Shown here piece by piece: positions 57,001-64,000 of a stretch of DNA of 64,000 nucleotides. Position numbers and translations under genes: made by a program. The stretch is from positions 2,865,476 to 2,929,475 of the forward strand of contig JBJCIZ010000239.1 of the NCBI GenBank assembly GCA_051294375.1. The letters are read 5' to 3'. Each line of letters begins with the position of its first letter. The stretch's first letter is position 1. The stretch is from Paraspadella gotoi (Eukaryota; Animalia; Chaetognatha). The notes below the pieces were generated by a model, which made no database searches, was not told where the DNA came from, and worked only from the letters and a program-made list of their open reading frames with translations.

Positions 57001-58103
57001 AAGCTAAAAATGTTTTGATTGAACGAAAGATTGGAATCTCCGGAGAGCGACGATGACTGATCTTCCGGCAGCGCCGCTGTAGCTGCTACGGTTGGCGGAG
57101 AGCCGGATGAAGGAGCGGTGACGGGCGAGGCGGCGGTGGGCGGCGTTTTCGACTCTTCCTTCGTCTCCGTCTTCATCGCCTCAAACAAATTCGTCGGCGA
57201 TGAAAAATCCGTTTCTTCTTTGAGCCTCTTAATCGGAGGTTCGCCTTCGCGATCCTGGGTTTCCGTCTTAAAGGAGGAAGACGCGTGGAAGGAATCGGGT
57301 TCGGTCTTCTTTTTCTTCATCTTTTCTTTCCTCTTTTTTTCCTTTCTCTCCTCCTTCCTCCTTTTTCTTTCCTCCTTTGACTCCTCCGAGCACCGCGCCT
57401 CCTCTTCCTCCTTGTGCCGTTTTTTCTTCTTCTCCTTTTTCTCCTTCTTGTGAGCTTCGGGGAGATTCTCCACGTCCGGCTTGATGTCGGAGAGCTTCAA
57501 CACGATCTTCACGGGAGGGGGCATGGGGTTTAGGACGGGTAGCGGGGAGCTCGGACCCGCGAGTTTCGTAGGCGAAGGAGAGGAAAAAGGTTTGATGTCC
57601 TCCTCCGAAGAATCGGGGGAGAAATTGGCGGAGAGAGGAAGGACGTCGTCGCGAAGGGCGGGCGCAGAGACGGTTGGGTCGAAGCGCGCGGGAGCAGAGA
57701 TAGAATCGGGGAAATCAGAGGCCGCGGATCGCGCGACATTTTTCGGCAGTTTGATCTTGATCTTGGATTTCTCCTTTTTCTCCGTCATCATCGAATCGAG
57801 GAATTGTTTTCTTTTGCTCGACTTCGGAGTCTTCTCCGTCGCGTCCTTTGACTTTTTCTTCCGCTTTTCCGGCGACTCGAGCGACAAAAGGGGGCGTTTC
57901 GGTGGGCGTGGCTCTCGGTCCTCCAGGGACGAGATTTTATTCAATTTCAAAACGGGGGTGATCAAGGGGGAGGGGAGGGCGAGGTTATGGGGCCTGACTT
58001 CCTGCCAAGGGAAGTCGGAGTCGTCGGGTCGAGTCTCTAAGGGAACGTCGGAGCTTGAATTGGGATCCTCGCCCACCGAAGGAATTTTCTTCTTTCGTGG
58101 CAT
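54091..58103 (-). CDS. BRD7/BRD9-family bromodomain protein (SWI/SNF subunit); 5 exons
   Basis: Bromodomain DEQEFFAYPIDETIAPNYFAIIEKPMDFSTM..FKSDFNLMCQNAMRYNAPDTIYF; DUF3512-like LGPEYSALFENMSTEEQEMMTATYGDEVGKQYAMSLQNFV..VDNLLQVLT. BRD7 vs BRD9 not resolvable. Confidence 0.9.
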
Positions 58104-59566
58104 GGCGTGGGCGTGGGCGTCGCCTGGAAACTACTGCGATATAAATAGAAAGTCAAATTTAGGAAAAAAATAAAGGGACAACGAGAATGGAATCGAGCGA
58201 AAGCGCTTGAAGAACTGTACACGGAAAAGTAAAAAATACTATTTAAATTCTTTAAATGGCTGAGCTCGCGCGTCGCGCGGCGAAAGCGAAAAAAAAAGGT
58301 CGCTGGGCCATTCGAGGGACTAGACAAAATCCTCAATGTTTTGTTAGTTAAATGTATATTAATATATCAAGCCTTTTATCAAAGATACATCAATTTTCAT
58401 TTTCGGAGATAAACATGGAATAAAATCATTACGAATAGACTGAGGACTGAGGAGTGAAGAACATTGGCTCGTGTCTGAAAAACGCACGACAGATCCAAAA
58501 TGTACAATGAATTTCCCTGGATGTTTTACGTTTTTAGGAAAACGGGTATTCAATATTCATATGTATTTGTTTAGTTTTTACAACTTGGATTATATAACAT
58601 AAAGTCAAATTTTTATCATGTCGTTTAAACACATTTTATTTTTTTGTAAATACATTCACATTATAACATAAGGAAAATAAACGAAAAAACATCATTAAAA
58701 TTAATGAATCCATAAATGATATTTATAAAATAGTTACAATTTTTTTACCGATAAGCACAGAAGAAAAAAAAAGCAGTGATTAACGGAACAACAAAACCCT
58801 AAGTACTAATGTATAAGCGTTATATAAAAGCCTTTTGTCTTAGAATTAGGAAAAAAATTTAGTATCATAACTAATTAAAAGCTACTATTGAAAAATCTTC
58901 TTTTGATTTGAATGCATTCAAAAGTGTGCAAATGCTGCAAAAACATATGTTATTCCCAAGAACTGATGTGATAAGAAAAGCAGTGACGAAAGCGACTCAA
59001 AAACTGGATCAACTCGTCGGAATTGTTGAAATTTGTTTGTATTAACGGAAAAGTAGGACTATTTAGCCATCATTAAAAAAAAATCAATCACTAATTCTTT
59101 TTTAAATCGAGAAAATTTGTAAAAATTGTCAATAACCACACATATCCTACGCTATGATTCAAGATAAACTACTTATTATACCTAAATCTACAATCGAAAA
59201 AAATATTGCATCGCAAAACTATTTTTCAAAATTCGGACTAACGAAATCAGAACAATTCCCATCAACGATAAAATAATTAGGTCAAAGTTCGGTATTACAG
59301 CGAAAATTGGCATGACAAGCAAGAAACAGCTAATTGATAACCCAAAACTAAGCATGCTGGTATTTTGCTATCTACATGCCTCGAAACTCGTGAGATCGTT
59401 CGTAATTATTTTGTTAAAGATTGTTAAAATTTCTTTAACGAGTGAACATGATTTTTAACAACTAAAAAAAAAGTAAACCTCTTAAATAAAAAATTTCGTT
59501 GTTACAAAAACCTTGTGAAAAAGTCATAGTATTGAAAAAAAAAGTGGATAAAAATAGCATGTTATC

Positions 59567-62500
59567 CTACAGCACGGGCGCGGAAGGATAGATGCTGTCG
59601 TGGTGGCTGCCGTGGCTGGACATGTGCCCATATGGTGGCGGCGGGGTCCGACTTCCGCTGAAGGAATGAAGAGGCGGAGTGCCGCTCGACCCCGGCGGTC
59701 CCATCGGATGTTCACTGAAAAATACCATTTTTTTAAAGACTACTACAAAATTAATATTATATGAAATTGGCACAACCAATATATATTTTATATTTTATTA
59801 TATAATATAAATAAAAATAAACAAAAATGGAAAAAAAAAAACGCGAAAATGTTTTCAGCTCAAGTCAAGCAAAAGTCAAGCTCTAAATTCGAATAGAGCT
59901 GTTCATTTGTTCCAAGTCGCAACGACCGGCAATGACATCGGCAAGAGCGCAAATGGACAGAAAGCAAGAACTCGAGTCGTATTCAAATTGAACTGTCTCA
60001 CTCGTTGGTTAATTTTCATACAATTGAGACATTCTTTGAAATATTACATCACTTCATTGTTAGGGAAGTCAGGTACTCCGGGAGTGAATAAGCGAGTCTG
60101 TGAGAGAGTCTTACGCCATGTCATGTCCTATGTCATTATCTTGTAAGTGCGATGGAGGACTTATCTCACAAATGCCTGTCCAAAGTCATCCATTCATTTA
60201 TTAAATTTTCTTATAATTGTTACATTGGATGTACCAATTGCGTAAGAAAATTCTTATGAAATTGGGTACAACCAATATAAAAATTATTATTATTATATTA
60301 TTCTAATTAAAAGCCACTAGCGATTGATAAACGTTACCGATGATATCAGCCGGTAAAAGCCGTTTACCTGTAAGTTGGATTAGAAGCGGCGGCGGCGGCC
60401 GCTCCCCTGCTACTCGCGCCGGCGCTTTCGTTGAGGCTGACGTCGGCGACGGTCGTGTGAGACTTGTGTCCGCGAGCCCGATTGTGCGGCGGCGGCGGCG
60501 GCTCCGGCGAGTCGTTCCGAGTCTCGTAACGTCGGGACATGTAATGAGGTCCTGAGAAATCCAGGCATTTTTATACAAAAAAAAAAAAAAAACCCTTTGC
60601 CCTTCGCCCCCCCCCACACCCCCTCAAAACCGGGCCGACCTGTGGTGTAATTGTTGACGGCGAGAAAAGGGTCGTTCTCGTGATCTTCGAGGCCCTCGAG
60701 ATTTCCCGAGTCGCCGAAAGTCTTCCAAGCGCAAGAGGCGATGAGCGCTAGGAACGTGAGGCTCAGGCCCAACGCGGACGCTCCTGAAAACGGAATCGGG
60801 GGGAAAATCGAAATTTAAAATCTTTCTGGTCGAAATTAATATCAATTAATGATTCGAATAAAATGGAAAACTCTGTATTGCGGGCGCGGAGAAAATCAGC
60901 CGTTACATTAGTAAAATGTGTCAACCGAAATGAGATAAAAAATTATTGCGAAAGAGTTATATTATATGAGAAGGAGAATTATAGTAAAAAAAACATTTAA
61001 AAATGATAAAAAGGTAATGATTACCCTTACCGAGCAAAACGAGAGAGACTCCATTGAGTCCAGTGTAACATAAACCGTGGAGAGCGTCGAGAAGGAGATG
61101 CTTATTGCTCTGACATTCGAGAAGAGAGTTAAGCCCGAGGGCGGCCGCCGACGAGGACTCCAGCTCCATTCTTTGAGAGATGGCGTTGACGAGAGGCGGA
61201 ATTTTGCGTCGATCCGAACCCGAGGTCATGTACTGCGCGACCTGAACCCAGAAAGAAGGCGCAAAGCACGGCTCAAGATTCTCTTCTCCCATTTTTTTTT
61301 TCAGCGGGAAACGCCTAATATGACCCCTACCCTTTGGCGCAGATCCTCCATCGCCAGTCGGGCGTCGTGCAGTGACGACGTGACGGTTTGAATCGCGCGC
61401 GCGTAGCGATCCGACGCCGGGACTTCGTCGCCCGACGTTTTCGTCGATGAGCAGTTGAGAAGATAGTGGAATCGATTGTAGTGGGATTCGTGGTAGAATC
61501 CTCCGTAGTCGCGGATGAAAGCTGAAAACAAAATAAAAATAAAAATAAAAATAAAAAGAGATGTAGCAGATTAATTTGTGAATTGTCTGAAATGAGATTG
61601 AGTTCCTCAATCTCATTTGCATATTGTCGTATTCTGAAATAAGATCCTCTTTTTCGAGAAAAAAAATTTCCGATCGTCGAAAGGAAAAAAACCAACTTTT
61701 GGGATCGAAACATAAGTCGGCCACGCCCACTCCGACGCCGAGATATCCGCTGACGATCGTCCAGGCCAGGACGAGGGTGATGGTGGCCAGCGCCGCAAAA
61801 AGGAAGAGGCAGCACTTGGAGCGCCTCGCCAAGCCAATCACGAGCAGGAGAACCACGAAAGTGGTCCAGGAAAAGAAGGCGGCGGTGGAGAGCCACCGAA
61901 AGTCCTCGCCGGATCGTGTGTAAGCCATGTAAACGTTCACTGATTCGCGCTCTCTGAAGAAAAAAAAATGATAAAAAATAAAAAATAACAAAAATTATTA
62001 TTTAAGTATAATCTTAAGGCATCTCTTTTCATGCCTTATTTCCAGTGACAGGTGCTGATCGAGTTTGCCCAACTCTTTCTGTCCCGTCCTTAGATCCTTC
62101 TTCATTCTGGCAAGGAGATCTTTCATTCGCTTACGTTCTTCGCGCGGAGCTCGAGTACTGGGATTAAAACAAAAATATTTCATTTATAATTATTTTAATC
62201 AAAACCCACAAAAACGTCAGAAAAGAGTACCCGTCTATCTGATCAAAGAGGTCCTGAATGGCTTTATTGGCTTCTCCTTTGTTGATATTGTTGTTCAGTT
62301 CCCTGACGCTGCCTTTGGCTTTGTAGGCGCGGAATCCCAAATCGCGCACGGAGACAAGAAATTGACGAGTTCCGTCGTTGGCTACCTCGTTACCATAGAG
62401 ACCGGTTCCGATAAACAAAACGCAGACGAATATAAAAGCTGAAAAATAAAAAAAAGTTGCCCTTGGATTTTGTCGTTTTATTCTACACGAATTAAACATT

Positions 62501-63099
62501 AATTTATAAACATACTAATGAGCCAGAAGTTACGGCAACATTTCCCATTTCCTTTAGGGCCTTCGTCCTCCGTCTTTTTTCCATTTCTGTAAAGAAAAAA
62601 TATTTCTTTTATTTTTAATTTTATCTATTCAACAATCATGATTATCTCCAAACCTGGCTCTGCAGCAAGCTTGGCAGCATCGGATGCAAAAGTAGACGAG
62701 TAAAATAAAGAGGGTCAAAAGAAGCCATAAGAAAGGAACGGCAATGAGAAAGAGAACAGATTCGCGATACTCGTTGCTCTCTGTGACAAAAATAAATAAA
62801 AACGAGATTTAGTCACAAGTTAGGGCGAAATTTCAGTCAAAAGGAAAACATACCAGGTTTGAATGTATCGTTGGCGGCAGAAAAATCCCGCTTGAAATGC
62901 GGAAAGGCGTGCAAAAACCTGACAAGCCAGTTGGGTGAAGGAATAGAAGTCGGGGGTCCTTCGGTTTGATACGAAAACCTTCAAAAAAAAGTTTACAGTA
63001 ATATAAAGGAATATCCTTCATAATCTGATATAAGCTATTAATTTATCATTACCCGACAGAGTAGTCGTATCTATCCCAGGAGCGAAAGTCGATACTCAT
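59567..63099 (-). CDS. TTYH: Protein tweety homologue (TTYH); multi-exon, 3' end less certain
   Basis: PNWLVRFLHAFPHF..NDTFKPE..YRESVLFL, IGTGLYGNEVANDG, EDFRWLST, IGLARRSKCCL, GVGVADLCFDP, LLECQSNKHLLLDALHGLCYTGLNG, DHENDPF. Confidence 0.9.
60013..60195. repeat. Dispersed repeat family A, copy 4 (more diverged)
   Basis: TTTTCATACAATTGAGACATTCTTTGAAA..CACTTCATTG.TAGGGAAG.CAGGTACTC.GGGAGTGAATAA..GCCTGTCCAAAGTC. Confidence 0.85.
61565..61631. repeat. Hairpin repeat family B, copy 3 (perfect 13-bp stem)
   Basis: AAATGAGATTGAG-TTC-CTCAATCTCATTT-GCATATTGTCGTA. Confidence 0.8.
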
Positions 63100-63386
63100 C
63101 TTAATTGTTAACGTGTGAGATCAAGCAGTGAAAACTTCTTTTTTTTTCAATTTGGATGAGACGATCAGAGAAATGTGGGTTTTTTTTTGCAAAAAAAAAT
63201 AGGAGGTAGATGAAATAAGAACATGTCACATGATCCCTCCTTGAGTAAAGTTGGTGATATGCCTCGGTTTTAACACGATCCAGATCATGTAGAAAGTTCG
63301 TAAGAATTAAACGTTAACATATCAAAGCTAAAATAAAAATGGGTCGACAGAAAAATGAACAATAAGCAAAACGGGAGATGCCAATC

Positions 63387-64000
63387 TTAATCTGGCAAAA
63401 TGGCTAAGTTTACGAGGTGTCTCATGGTGGGGCGGCCGTGAGGGCAATTCCAAGGATGATCGAGCGTCGCCATGTGATCGACGATTTGACGCATTTCCGA
63501 TCGATTGAGCGCCGTGCCGATCATAACGGATTTGCGGCACGCACGGGACGCGAACATCTTTCGCACTCGCGACGGTCGACATAGCGTTCCTGTGAATTTA
63601 ATGAATAATAAATAAATAAATATTTGAAACAAACATTTTCATCTTCATTTACCCGGCGTGAGTTCGGATAGCATGAACAACATCTCCTCCACGTCGCTGT
63701 GACCAAAGTTCCAGTCTTTGCTTATGGGTACGGAGCTAAGTTTAACCCTCTCTCCTCCAGGAGCCTTCGGATCAAAATCAAACTTAAACCCGTTTTTGGC
63801 AAAGACCTCCAGATTCTCCTCCAGCACGATCTCGTTTGCTGGACTGAGATCCAGTCGTTGAGGGATGATGAGTTTCTGACTACGGATGATTGTGTCTCGT
63901 TGCAGAGTCTCGAAGTTGTACTTTTCGTCGGTGGCGTGTTGGTCTATGATGAAGAGATCCTCGTCGAGTTTGACGACGATGAATCCCAAATTGAACTGAC
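63387..64000 (-). CDS. PMS2: PMS2 mismatch-repair endonuclease, C-terminal two exons (5' part outside the window)
   Basis: [19 protein letters not shown] metal-binding motif, [28 protein letters not shown]. Intron 63590-63652. Confidence 0.96.

Overview
Eukaryotic (invertebrate-animal-like) genomic DNA, not prokaryotic: GC/CpG-rich exons, short AT-rich GT-AG introns and three N-gaps. I can support 16 protein-coding genes, 15 of them spliced, and ALL lie on the minus strand. In transcription order: PMS2 (partial), tweety, BRD7/9, RBM12-like, TRMT10B-like, a ~1400-aa disordered orphan, DENND5, PSMB6, an SPFH protein, RAD51C, a LOTUS+Tudor (TDRD5/Tejas-like) gene, a rhodanese, FCSK, LRPAP1, AGAP and VPS72 (partial). 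Several spacers are tiny, and most start codons follow a T-rich/AG acceptor with no identified donor, which suggests operons resolved by SL trans-splicing. The most striking non-coding element is a tRNA-like (Pol III, SINE-type) head fused to a P5-type twister-ribozyme fold in a DENND5 intron. There is also a palindromic Penelope-type hammerhead relic and three families of dispersed intronic repeats. Apparent frameshifts look like homopolymer sequencing errors. All gene identities come from motif recognition by eye, not database searches, and internal exon boundaries are approximate.
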